64,000 bases of DNA from Dipteris shenzhenensis. Taxonomy: Eukaryota. The position numbers and the translations under genes are program-made. Location of the stretch: assembly GCA_047967505.1 (NCBI GenBank), contig CM106538.1. One strand, given 5' to 3'. Positions 50,701-63,745 of this stretch are shown here, piece after piece (positions within the stretch are counted from its first letter, which is position 1; every line of letters starts with the position of its first letter). The notes below the pieces were generated by a model, which saw only the letters and a list, made by a program, of their open reading frames with translations, was not told where the DNA came from and made no database searches.

Positions 50701-52724
50701 TCTGGGTTATGGTGAAAGTGGAGGGATGGGCTATCGTCTCTGGGATCCAGAAGCAAAGAAGATCATACGCAGCCATGATGTAGTCTTCAATGAGAAGAAG
50801 ATGCATAAGGCATGCATGAGGGATGTGGAAATGAGGAGAATCACTTTCCTGGATGTGAATTCACCTACATATGTTGATAGACAGCAAGCTGTCCATGCAC
50901 CAAATGTGCAAGAAATGGTACCACCAAATACTCCCACAGGTATACAATCAAGGGTAGATGATGGATCATCTATTTGTGGAAATGATGAGCCAAATGTGGC
51001 TGATATACAGGTGGGATAGCAAGCTGAAATGCCCTTGAGAAGATCATCTACAGTGTCTAGACTGCCTGATAGGTTTGTTCCAGGGGTAGACTATGTGATG
51101 CTTACTGATTGCGGGGAGCCTTCTTGCTACAGAGAGGCTATGATGCATGAGGATCAACGCAAGTGGGAGTATGCTATACAATCAGAGATGAGTCCACTTA
51201 TGAAGAATAAGACTTGGGACTTGGTTTCTTTGCCACATGGAAAGAAAGCATTGCCATGTAAATGGGTCTACAAGATGAAGGTCACAGGTGATGATGTGCC
51301 TAGGTACAAGGCCCGTTTGGTTGCTAAAGGGTTCAAGCAAGAGAAGGGTGTAGACTTTGATGAGATATTCTCTCTGGTTGTGAAGACGATCACACTTAGA
51401 TGCATGCTTGGACTAGTGGCATCAGAGGATATGGAGCTTATGCAAATGGATGTCAAGATAGCTTTCTTGCATGGGGATTGCATGAGGAGATTTACATGGT
51501 GCAGCCGGAAGGCTTTGAAGAAAAGGGCAAAGAACATTTAGTTTGCAAGCTGAAGAAGAGCCTCTATGGTCTTAAGCAAGCGCCTAGAGAATGGTATCAA
51601 AAGTTTGATGCTTTCATTCGGTCCCAGGGTTTTAGAAGGAGTGAAATTGATCACTGCCTCTACACTAAAAGGGCTAAGGATAATAGCTTGATAATCCTGG
51701 CACTATATGTGGATGATATGCTATTGGCTAGCAAGAATACTTATGAGCTAGATGCATTAAAGGACAAGTTGCATGAGGCCTTTGATATGAAGGATTTGGG
51801 ACTTGCAGGTCATATTCTTGGTATGTGCATCACGCGTGATCGGAGTAGGAAACTCCTTTGGCTTTCACAAAAAGAGTATGTTACAAAAGTATTGCAGTGT
51901 TTCAATATGGAGGGGGGGAAGGCAATGAGTACTCCATTGCCTCCATATGTGAAACTGAGTCATACAGATAGTCCCAAATCAAATGAGGAAAGGGCCATGA
52001 TGGCCAAGGTTCCATATGCATCAGTAGTTGGGAGTCTTATGTATGCTATGATAGCTACTAGACCAGACATTGCATTTGCTGTGGAAGTTGTTAGCCGCTA
52101 TATGGCTAATCTAGGAAAGAGGCATTGGGAGGCAGTTAAGTGCATCATGAGGTACATGAAGGGTACCAAGGAGATGTGCATCTACTTTGGTTAGTGGGAG
52201 ATGTGCATCTGCTTTGGTTAGTGGGAGATGTGATCGGCTAGTGGGAGATTTGGGGATTCATACACGTGTACCGACATTGCATAGTGATTCCATGAGTGCT
52301 ATTCAGCTAGCACAGAATTTGGTCTTTCATGCAAAGACCAAACACATTGAGGTCAGGTACCATTTCATCAGGGAGGTACTTGAGGACAAGCGCATAGAGC
52401 TTGTCAAGGTTCATACAAATGATAACCCTGCAGATATGTTGACGAAGAGTCTACCTAGTCAACGGTTTGAGTATTTTCATGTATTGATGGGCATTGGATA
52501 GTATGCTCACTTGTTGTTCTCCCTTAAAGGCACATTGTCCTTTAAGTGGGAGGTTGTGGGGGTTAAAGGTCACTGTGCCTTTACCCCAGTTATGTACAAT
52601 ACTCAAACACATATATAAATGAATGAAAAAGAAGATTAGGGTGTTCTGCACCCATCAAAACTTGTGTGGCTCTCTGTCTCTCTCTCACCCTCTTCCGTTC
52701 TTACTTCCATTGAGAGCACTCTCA
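47751..52724 (+). mobile_element. Ty1/Copia family A copy 2, 5'-truncated (no 5' LTR or PBS)
   Basis: Matches the reverse complement of A1 from A1 position ~5673 down to its 3' LTR; gag-pol ~48629-52501 disrupted; PPT 52544-52554; 3' LTR 52555-52724. Confidence 0.94.
47997..48243. mobile_element. MITE, family M1 (247 bp), inserted in the Copia A2 leader
   Basis: TIRs CTCGGGGGGGGTCAC / GTGACCCCCCTGAG; TSD CTCTTTTT at 47989-47996 and 48244-48251. The empty site is visible in A1 near 5430-5440. Confidence 0.93.
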
Positions 52725-54153
52725 GTGATATCATGAGGGTTGGTCCTTTTAAGATTGTCTATGTGCTATTCTATGCTAAAGATTCTTCACGTGTAGTATT
52801 TCACAATACACCAGTCACACCCTACCCTTCCTATGTGTGCTTTGTGGATGTATCTTCACTTGATTTTTAGTTCAAGCTTCCTCTTTCTATTTTTTGTCCA
52901 TAGATAAGCCTCGTCTTGCCTCTCTCATTTCCATCTTCCAAGCATGGCTGACATTCCTACGTTTTGTGGACGGGTGGAAGAAAATCCAAATGAGTATCTT
53001 GTGGCCTTCAAGCGCCATTGTGTTTCTCTCAACTTTCTTACTGAAGGCATATGGCTATTGGTTCTTCCCACATTTTTAGAGGGTTTGGCTCAAGTGTGGT
53101 ATGAGAGGCAGACCGAAGACATTCGCCAAAGCTGGCCAAGGTTGACAGCAACGATGGTTGAGTATTTCGGCAAAGAAGAGGAGCCAGAGAATGTGTACCT
53201 GTAGGTGGCAAACTTGAAGCAGTCGCATCGATATGTGGATCGAGTGGCCGTGCTCCTGGACCCCGTTTAATTGCCACGCAAGAGGACAATGTCGAATTTT
53301 GAGCTGGAATGACTCAGCATGTGTTGGGCTACCTTGTAGCAGGACGAATTCTGCCTCAAGCTTAAATGGGAGAATCTAGAAACTATGGTGCTAGCACATG
53401 AGATTGCTCAAAAGTTTGATAAAATTCAGTCTGACCCCGCTTCAAAGAAGATGATTGTCCCTCCGCAACCCCCTCAGTTCCTGCAACAAAAACCTAGAGG
53501 GTCTAACTTAGGGGCATACCCCCACCCCTCATTAGGGATGTATCCACCACCTCCACCTCAAATGTATGGTCCTCCCTTAGATGCTTACCCTCAACATGGT
53601 GTATATTCTCACACTCCGCCTCGAAGATTTCCCTAGCCTCACCCACGAGCCCCCCTCCTTTCTACTCCCTCGGCCCCTCCAGCTAAAGAGCCCCCTCCTG
53701 CAATAGAACCTGGAGTCAAGGACCTAGCCAAGGCACTGTGAATGATCTTTAGCTTGAGATGATGGGCATCAGAAATCAAGCCAATTGCCCTCCAAGAGAC
53801 CGTGCTAATGTTGTATGCTACGAGTGCCACCAGACGGGTCATTATTGCATGAAATGTCCCGATATTCCAAGGGTGAATCTTCTAAGTGAATCAGGCACTG
53901 AGGATTCTGACGTAGAGATCCTTGACTTTGGGAAAAGAAGTCATACCACCTTGGACCCCTCTCCAACCGGGCTGCCCCAGGAAGAAGGTGTCCTACTTAG
54001 AGCCCTCAGATGCTGAGATGGCAGACCCACCAACAGATAAGACTAAAAGATCCAATAGGAGTAAGTGGTCACCCTCGGATTTTCCCATCGGCTCAAAGCA
54101 AGAAGACTTTCGGTCGTTCAGGACCTTGCTCATCGTTCTTTGAGCATCATGCT

Positions 54154-57100
54154 TGACAAAATATGAAGAGGGGAGAGGAGAAGAGTGGAGATGAGGAGAG
54201 AGGGCACAGCTAGAGAGCACACCACAAATGACTAACTGTACACTAGAATTAGTTGAAAAAATAGAATATATACAAACCCTTTTAGGGTTAGGGTTAGGGG
54301 ATCTAACCCTTTCCTTTATAGCACTCTATAAGGTTAGTGCTATGCACATATGATCACGTGATGGTGCTATGCACACATGATCACATGATGTTGAGCGTGA
54401 ACTCTCAACACCTTCCCTCAAGATCAACATCATGAAGTAGGCCTTCCCTCAAGATGATGATTCTGGGGAATCGAAGAAGGACTGAGCATTACATTCCATC
54501 ACACCCCTTTAATGGGAATGTCCTTCCTCTGCATCAAACCAAGAGCTAGTCGGTGTTTCTCGAATAGCTCTTTATCGAGTGGTTTGGTAAAGATGTCTGC
54601 AACATTTTCTTTGCTATCACAATGCTGCAGTGTGATGTCACCAAGTAACACTCTTTCTCTGATGAAGTGCTCTCTGACATCAATGTGCTTTGTTCTGGAG
54701 TGATATACTGGATTTTTGGCCAATGCTTGAGCCGATTGATTATCACAGTATATTGTTGTTGGCTTTGACTCATCAAAGTAATCTATTTCTGACAATAGTC
54801 TTCTGAGCCATATAGCTTCACATGCACCTGTAGTGAGTGCCCTATATTCTGCTTCAGTCGAAGACAAAGAAACAGTTGGCTGTTTGTTTAACAACCATGA
54901 TATAGCACCTTGACCAAGGAAAAATGCATATCCCTGTGTCTATCTCCTGGTCTCATGATCTCCAGCATAGTCACTGTCACAGTATCCATGCAACCGTGGA
55001 TGACTTCCTCTGTATTCTATCCCAAATTGTCTTGCACCTCTGATGTATCTCAAGACTCTTTTGGCTGCATTCCAGTGAGACTGTTTTGGATTTGCCATAA
55101 ACTGTGCTAGTGAGCTTACTACATAACAAATATCTGGCTGTGTGATTGTCAGATATATAAGAGATCCAATGAGTTGCCTGTAGTATCTGTCATTGACTGT
55201 AGGCTTTTCTGAATCTTTAGTAAGTTTCAAACTCTGTTCCATGGGAGTGGTTGCAATCTTGCAATCTGCCATATGAAACTTCTTCAGGAGACTGTCAACA
55301 TATTTGAGCTGACTCATGAATGTGCTATCCGAATCTCTCCAGAACTCAATTCCAAGACAATAGTGCATAAGTCCAAGATCTTTCATGTCGAACTCTGCAG
55401 ATAATTCTTGTTTTAATTTTCTGATGAAACTATCCTTGCTTCTTGTCACAATGAGATCATCTACGTACAAAAGTGCAATAGTAATATCTTCCCCTTGAAC
55501 TTTGTAGTAGAGAGTATGATCTGCATTGGACTTCATGTATCCCAGATCAGCAAAATACTTGTCAATTCTGCTGTACCAACTTCTGGGGGCTTGCTTTAAG
55601 CCGTAGAGACTTTTCTTGAGATGGCAAACCTTTTTCTCTTTTCCTGGTTCAACATAACCGGCTGGTTGTTGCATGTAGACTTCCTCGTCTAGATAACCAT
55701 TGAGAAATGCATTCTTGACATCGAGCTAATACACATTCCATTTACTGAGTGTCGCTAGTGATATCAAGAACCGTATGGAATCCATCTTTGCTACTGGAGC
55801 ATAAGTCTCATCATAATCTTGGCCATATTGTTGTGCAAATCCTTTTGCAACTAATCTGGCTTTGTATCTCTGAATACTGCCATCTGGATTGTACTTCACT
55901 TTGTATACCCATTTGTTGGCTATGGCCTTCTTTCCTGGTGGAAGGTCGCATAATTCCCAAGTGTTATTTTTATACAAAGCATCCATTTCTTCATTCATAG
56001 CAGTTTGCCATTCTGGCTTATCTACTGCGTCTTCGAAGTACACTGGCTCTTCTGTAGCCATGATGGTAGTCATAAGAGCATAGTTGGTGGTTTCCACCTG
56101 AATTGCTTTGCCTTTCGGAGCATATGTCAATCTTGCTGGTGGTTTGCTTTCCCTAGTAGACCGTCTGAGCTGCTGTGGCTCTGCTTGGGGTGTTGGTGGC
56201 AATTCTTGCTCTTCTTCATCAACTTGTTCTGTAGATGACTGTGAAGTCGATGCTTCTATTTCCTGTGTAGGTGAGGTTTTCCATTCTGATTCCTCATCGA
56301 AGATTACATCTCTGGAGATAATGACTTTGCGGTTGATGGGATCATACAATTTGTATGCTTTGCTTTCTTCACTGATTCGGAAGATGCTTTTCACTAAGCA
56401 TTGTCTGCTAAAGTCCCATTCTTCCTTTCAGCTCTTGCATTTTGCTGAGGAGTATCTGCACATGTGAATGGTCTTCGAATGCCATGATTTTTGCAAAAGT
56501 TCATGAATGCTGAAGACATGTATTCACCTCCTCTGTCTGATCTCATGACCTTGATCTTTCTGCCTGTTTGGTTTTCTACCATGGCTTTGAATTCTTGAAA
56601 TCTAGCAAACACTTTAGATTTCTCTTTCAGAAAGTAGACCCAACAATATCTGCTGTAGTCGTCGATGAAGGTCAAGTAATAAAGTGAACCATTGATGCTG
56701 CGGGTCTGGGCATAACCCCATACATCTGTATGAATCAAATCAAGAATACCTCGTGCATGAGAGGTACTTCTGACAAAGTTGGTTCTCTTTTGTTTGCCGA
56801 AGCAGCATGCTTCACAAACCTTTCCAAGAAACTGTAGCTTCGGAATCCCAATTGCCATATTCTGATTCCTTAGATCTAACAAGTACTTGAAGTTGACATG
56901 ACCATATCTCTTGTGCCATTTTGCAGATAGTGGCATCTGTTGCATTTGAGCTGACATGGCATGCTTATCTGGTACTGTAGCTAGCATCCTATATAAGCGT
57001 CCTTCCTTGACACCTTTTGCTACTAGCTGACCTCTTTTGGATTTGTCTCTGATAGTGCATTCATCACCGTCGAAGATGACTTTGTAGTTGTGTTCCGTCA

Positions 57101-59915
57101 TTTGACCTACTGACAAAAGGTTCTTGCTGAGCTTCGGAACATAGAGCACATCTTTGACTAATCCTTTTGTACCAGTGAAATTGTTCATAGGGATAACCCC
57201 TGTCCCTTGAACCGGATTAGGTGTATTGTCTGCTGTGTAGATGACATTCTTTTGACCTTCTAATGGCTTCATTTCTGTGAACCATTCCTGATGATTTGTC
57301 ATATGAGATGATGCACCGCTATCGATGTACCAAGGATCCTATTCCACTTGGTCGACTTGATAACTGAAATCCTCTTTGGGATTGAAATCAGTGTCTAGGT
57401 GCATTGTCTAGGTGCATTGTATCAGTCTGATGCAATTCCTCACTTGCAAGAAACATATTGCCATGTTCATTTGCAAAATGACTGTGACTAGAATGTCCAC
57501 CACGATGATTTCCTCTTCCTCGGGAATTCCCTCGGATTGACCGCCTTGGTCATACTGCTTCTTGCGGCAATCTCTTTCATAGTGTCCAAACTTGTGACAA
57601 TAGTTGCATTGAATGTTTGACACATTGGTGGATGCATTCCCTCGTCCTTGGAATCTTCCTCGGTTGGAATGATTTCCTCTTTGCTGATTTTGATGTTGCT
57701 GAGGATGCTGCTGATGCTGATGTTGATTCTGACTTTGATTTTGTTGATGATGACCACTTTTCTGATATGATCTACCTCTGTTTCTGCTTTTGCCTCTGCT
57801 TCTGTCTGAAGCTGTGAATGCTTGATCATTAGAATGACCTTTACGTGCTTGAATGGCCTGAGTCCTGAGTTCTTCACCAAGTAGAACTGACTGAAGTTCT
57901 TCCAGTGTTGGAATTTTCCATTGGATGGCAATACTCTGGACTAGATTCTCATATCCTTCTCCTAGTCCATTCAGGATTACTTGAACCATTTCTGTGGGAT
58001 TCATAGTCTCGCCTGCTGATGCAAGTTGATTGTTGTAGGCTTTGATGCGGAGTACATAAGCATGACCAGTTTCATTGCTATTGCAGAAACTCTGCTTGAT
58101 CTGGTTTCTCAGGGTGAGAATCCTGGATGTGTTCTTGGACTCATAGAGAGCTGCGAACATATCCCATGCTTCTTTTGATGTCTTGACTGTGTTGAGCTGT
58201 CCTAGCATGACATCTTGCACATTCTGCTTGATCAGGTGATAGGCATACTTGTCTTTCTTATCCCATTCTGCTTGAGCTCGGGCAATGGCAGGATCTGCTA
58301 CTAGTGTGGAAACTGTTTGTGTAGATGTAGAGCCCGATGTAGATCCCGTTGTAGAGCTACTGGTGGCTGGATCGGCCAATGGTCTAGGTATAGATCCATC
58401 GACATACTCCCATTTGTCCTGAAGCACAAGAATGGTCTCCATTCAATATTTCCATGTACCGTAATTCGCGCTGGATGTAGAGCACACTCGAAGGCACAAG
58501 ATCGAAGCCGAAGTGGTGGGTTGCTGGAGCAAACGGGCCAATCGAAGCAGGAGCAGGGCCATTGATGGCGAGCCGTGGCAAAGTTGGCTAGAGACCTTGT
58601 AGGAGAGGTGTTGCGTTGTAGACCAAATGGTGAAGCCTTTGAGAAGGGCTTTTGCTTGTTGGTCGTTGGCATTGCAGTCGGATAGAGAGCTAAGGATGTC
58701 GTGGAGCTGCGTGCAGCCAGAGAGCTTAGGCTCTTGTTGAATAGCGCTGGAGCGCTAGAGCATTGTCGTAGGGGCCTTTGCAGCAAGGTGTCCGTCGCTC
58801 GAGCCTCAAAGGCTTTGCTGCAGTTGTAGATGCACCGCCTCAGAGGTCATTGAAGGAGGCTGCGGGGAGTCCTATCAGTTTGTTGAAGTCGCCTCTGAGT
58901 GGAGTTTGAGTCTGAGTCTCCCTCTTTGATGGAGCAGAGAGGTAGCTCGTAGGAATGCAGCCGCCAAGGAGATTCCTTTGGTTGAAGTTGGATGCTTGAC
59001 TGGTGGCGCTCGTTGCAGGAGCCGAGATGTGTGCTGCCGCTGAGCTCGCTACAACTGCAGGGTGGTTGCCATTGTAGTCGATGCAGCTGGTCATAGTTGG
59101 AGAGCTATAGGAGCCCTTGCCGAGGAGGAGCTCACATAAGATGGTGCAAGAGTTGATGGCAGCTTGAGGAAGCTTTGTGGCAGTTGCAGCAAATGTTGCT
59201 TCGGCCATCACTCGAAGATGCAGGTCTATCTCCCTTCTTTTTTCGCTTGCATTTTTGGATGGATGAGAACTATTTACGAAGTTGCTTTGCGTTGAAGCTC
59301 CTTGAAGCTCTTTGGATGCTTGCAAGAGCCAAGTTGAAGGGCTTCTCTCCCTCTCTCTATCAGAATAGATGCAAAGTCTCTCTCATTCACTCGAAATGAA
59401 CCTTACAAAGAAATTCTCTAAAGAAGAAAACACTCTCTCACTCTCAAATCACAATGGAAAGAACAGATGTTCTTTCAAACAAACGGAAATCTCTGATGAA
59501 TGAAATCTCACAATGAACGGAATAATCTCTCAAGTGAACGGAAGTTTCTCTCAACGGAAGAGAAGATCACTCAAGAAAAAACTCTCAAATCTCACAATCT
59601 CTCTCACACTCTCAAGAATCTCAATGTCTCAACGGAAGACAAGGGAGCTCTGATACCATGACAAAATATGAAGAGGGGAGAGGAGAAGAGTGGAGATGAG
59701 GAGAGAGAGCACAGCTAGAGAGCACACCACAAATGACTAACTGTACACTAGAATTAGTTGAAAAAATAGAATATATACAAACCCTTTTAGGGTTAGGGTT
59801 AGGGGATCTAACCCTTTCCTTTATAGCACTCTATAAGGTTAGTGCTATGCACATATGATCACGTGACGGTGCTATGCACACATGATCACATGATGTTGAG
59901 CGTGAACTCTCAACA
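54154..59915 (-). mobile_element. Ty1/Copia family D, young insertion with both LTRs, inside the Gypsy element
   Basis: LTRs 54154-54410 and 59659-59915 (257 bp, 2 differences seen); TSD ATGCT at 54149-54153 and 59916-59920; PBS 59647-59658; PPT 54411-54420. Confidence 0.97.
54499..58465 (-). pseudogene. Copia gag-pol polyprotein (D), disrupted
   Basis: NYGTWK Gag; CNYCHKFGHYERDC; WYIDSGAS; WHKRYGH and RSDRGGEY; KARLVAKG and YVDDL; RTKHIDVR. Contains stops, frameshifts and an integrase deletion. Confidence 0.92.
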
Positions 59916-62025
59916 ATGCTCCCTCAACTAATAGCATTAAGCCCTAAGGTGAGACGTGAGATGTAGCAAGGGCTCTCAACAAGGAGGAACAAGAAAAAGG
60001 GAAAGGTAAGAGAGGTATCTTCTATTACTAAAGAAATTGATCGGCACCCACATACAGTCGATGTCATCATAGATAATTGCCATGTCAAAAATGTGTGTGT
60101 TGATGGGGGAGCTGCATGTAATATCATGGTGCCCCCAATCATGAAGAAATTGAATTTGAAATATACAAGGCATTCCTCCACTCGAATCAAGGTAGAAGAT
60201 GGTCGATGACTCGCCACCCTGGGAGTCATTGAGGATTTGCCCATCACCGTCAATGGGTTGACCACCACCATCAATTTCTACATAGTGGACATTGAAGATA
60301 TAGGCAGGAGTTATCCAGCCATACTCGAGAGACCATGGTTGAGAAAGAGTGATGCAGTCAGCTATTGGAAGATAGGACACATGTCTTTTGGTGCTTCTAA
60401 GGAGAAGATCCCAGTGCAACCAAGTGCCATGGAACCAAAAGAAGAAGAGGAGCAAGGCAGTGATACTCTCTCATCCTCAGTGTCTGAATCAATGGAAGAA
60501 TCTGACGGGGGGAGGAATTCTCAGAGGAGGAAGTTTACATGATGGGGGTGTCTCCGACCCCGCCACCTGCAGAAAAGGTAATAGCTAGTCTTCAACAGCT
60601 TGAATCTATGCTTTCCCCTGACCTCACTCCAAGTGAGAAAGACGAGTTCCTAGAAATGTTCAAAGATTTCCCTGACCTCTTTGCAACTACCTACCACCAC
60701 CTTCGCCATGTGACTGCCATAGAGCACGAGATAGAGCTGAAACCTTATGCGAAGCCTGTGGCTTAGAAGTATCAGAGATTAGGGCCCTTGCAGACCGATG
60801 CTTTGCGCTTGGAGTTGCAAAAGCTTGTAGAAGCTGGGTTTACTGTTCTGGTTCACAATACTGAATGGGTTTCACTAGTGGTAGTCACCCCAAAGAAAAA
60901 CAACAAGTGGTGGGTCTGCATCGACTATAAGAAACTCAATGTAGCCACCAAGAGGGACCATCATCCTCTTCCCTTTCAAGACGTCATTCTTGAGAAGGTA
61001 AGTGGTCATGAGATGTATACTTTCTGTGATGGTTACTCTAGGTTTTATCAAATCAAAATTGCCAAAGAAGATGTGCTTAAAACCACATTTGCCACACCCT
61101 GGGGGACATTTGCATTGAAAGTAATGCCGTTTGGCCTCACCAATGCTCCTGCTACATTTCAAAGATTTATGTAGATGGTGTTTGCTCCTTATTTGGGGGA
61201 TTTCTTGGAGGTGTTTTTAGATGATTTTTGTATATTCTCGTCACGTAAGGAGCACGTCATGAAGGTTAGGTTGGCCTTCCAAAGGGTCAATGATGCGAAT
61301 GGCAGTCCCAACCCAGAGAAATGCACCATTGGAGCCACTCAAGGGAGGTTACTGGGACATATTGTCTCATCCAAGGTGTCAAGCCTGACCCCAAGAAGGT
61401 AGAAGCCATCCTCAAGCTCTCCCCGCCAACAACCAAACATCAGGTACGCTCATTTGTCAATCTAGTAGGATACTATTGCCACTTCATTGATCAATATGCT
61501 GCTTTGACACGACCCATGACTTCTAATTGTAGTAGTCAGAGGTTTTCTTCCATGTATGTTCTCCAAGTTTTGTCTGAACTTCTTGAGAGAGTGCCTTGTA
61601 CTAGAAAGTACTAGCTATGAGAGAAAGAAGATCCGCAAAGACACTAGGCACTACACCCTCCTTGATGGGGTGTTGTACCATCAAGGCATGGATGGGGTAC
61701 TAAGACAAGCCATTGATGCAGATGAAGTACCTAAGGTATTGAAGCATTATCATGATGGATTTTGTGGAGGCCACTATGCCAGTGACTATATAGCTAAGAA
61801 GATTTTACATGCTGGATACTATTGGCCGACCTTGTTCAAGGATGTCACTTTGTATTGCAAAACCTGTGAACCATGCCAATTCTTTGGTAGGAAGGATTTG
61901 CATCCTGGGCAACATCACCCAATGATGTCCATCCATCTGTTTCAGAAGTGGGGAATAGATTTTGTTGGGCCCGCAAAAAGAAGTATCTTTTGGTAGCCAC
62001 TCAGTATGTCACTAAGTCGGCTGAA

Positions 62026-62280
62026 CATCATATTAGGGAATTCGGAAAATCCAAAGTCCCATTTTGCAAAGATCTTAAAATGGGGGCACGATGAACCCTT
62101 TTAAGCTTTTGTCAAATCCCCCTCATGTAACATATAATTGGAAACCTCTTGAAGAGTAGATTCTAAAGGAACAAACTTTGCCAAATTTGAAGTTTTGATG
62201 TAACTCAAGATACAACAGTAACTAGATTGAAAAGAAAAGTCCCAAAGTATTGGGATTTTCCCAAACTTTCTAATATGGTG
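62026..62280. mobile_element. MITE (255 bp, ~28-bp TIRs, possibly hAT-derived) inserted in the Gypsy integrase
   Basis: Left end CATCATATTAGGGAATTCGGAAAATCC versus reverse-complemented right end CACCATATTAGAAAGTTTGGGAAAATCC. Flanks CGGCTGAA and TCACTGAA (degenerate TSD). Interrupts YVTKxAE|AIAL. Confidence 0.8.
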
Positions 62281-63056
62281 TCACTGAAGCTATCGCCCTC
62301 CCCGCTGCAAATGGTAAGGCAGTTTCAAATTTCATATTTGAACGTATCTGCACAAGGTTTGGGACACCCATGGAAATTGTCTCTGACCACAGGAGTCCAT
62401 TCTTAAATGAAGTAGTGGAGTTACTCATGGATCGCATGGGTATTGATCATCGCACTTCTAGCATCTATTATCCAGCACCCATGGGTCAAACAGAGCAGAC
62501 CAATGGCCTCCTTTGTAAAACCAACACCTATTTCATTAATTTTGGACTAGTGCACTGTCCAAATTCATTTTGTGAGATAATTTTGGATAAAGCATTTTAA
62601 AAAAAGAGGCTCTTATAAAACAAAACTTTGAGTCAAAAAGTAAGATTTTAAAAAATCAAATTAGAAAAAATGACGTGATATGTTATTAAAACTAGAGTAC
62701 ATTAAAAAAAGAGGACTTCATGTTGTTAAAAGAGAAAAAGTAAGATTTTAAAAAATCAAATTAGAAAAAAAAATAGAGTACATTTAAAAAAAAGCGTGAC
62801 ACATTTGTACAAGAAGTAGATCATATAACTCAAAGCCATATGGTGTTAAAAAACACCTTCCATTAGAAGATGTCATCTTTGTCTCTCTTGTCTATTACAA
62901 CTTTACATTAGAGAACTAAAAAGTCTTTGTGGAACTGTAGTTTCATTTCTTGTCTATTACAGTTACTTTAGAAAACACATAAGTCTATGGAATTAAATTT
63001 CACAGTTACTTTAAATTTCTATGGAATTAAATTTCCATCACTTGACTATTAAGTCA

Positions 63057-63513
63057 TTAGAGAGAGCATATGTCCTCAAAAGTGTCTACTATGGCATTGG
63101 CTTCATGAAAATAAGCAAACTTTAAGCTTGCACGCCATGTGTAACCAAGGCTGGCATGGCAAATCTCCTCACAGACTCTCCTCACAACTTGTTTCGAATC
63201 TTCCGCAGACTTGTAAGCATTCATCAACTCTTCTTTTCCCTCTTGGCTTTCCTCATCTTCACCATTTTTTTCAATACAGCTTCTAGCCACCGCCATATCC
63301 TATACGAAAATTTAACTTGTTCGCATAAGAAGTACGTGATTAAAAGAAGCGAAAAAGAAAGCTAAGGATATTCACCTCTTCTGCTGAGTTCAAATCAAGC
63401 AGCCATGTGCGTAACATATCCTCCTCAAATGATTTTCCCTTCATTGGTCCATACAAAAGAGATCTAAGACAGAATTTAAGTTCAGTAAATGAAGTCGGGT
63501 AGTAACTAGTCAT
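63057..63513 (-). CDS. Putative two-exon hypothetical protein (126 aa), function unknown
   Basis: Exons 63513-63376 and 63299-63057 are joined in frame by a 76-nt GT-AG phase-0 intron. No recognisable domain. Confidence 0.4.
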
Positions 63514-63745
63514 TGTCTTAGAGGGAAAGTGGGAGAAGGAGACTGAGGGAGCGATAGCGAGGGATGCATAGTGAGCTACCCCTCCTTCAAGAGTGATAGA
63601 AAGTGAGGGAAGACGTAAAGTGAAAGATGAATACAAGTTAATCAGAAGGACTAGGATGTAAGAAATAAGAGAGTGTTTGTGGAAGGACTACGATGGAAGA
63701 ATACTCCTCATGCATATATACAAACACAACATCATACATGCATCA

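Larger units (their letters stand above)
52944..62520 (+). mobile_element. Ty3/Gypsy (non-chromovirus, Athila/Tat-like) internal region, decayed and split by Copia D and a MITE
   Basis: Gag from 52944 (FLEGLAQVWY; CYECHQTGHYCMKC); protease VDGGAACN near 60100; RT VCIDYKKLN, MPFGLTNAPATFQR, FLDDF at 60788-61500; integrase HDGFCGGH, CKTCEPCQ, KWGIDFVGP, IVSDH, GQTEQTN. No LTRs recognised. Confidence 0.9.
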
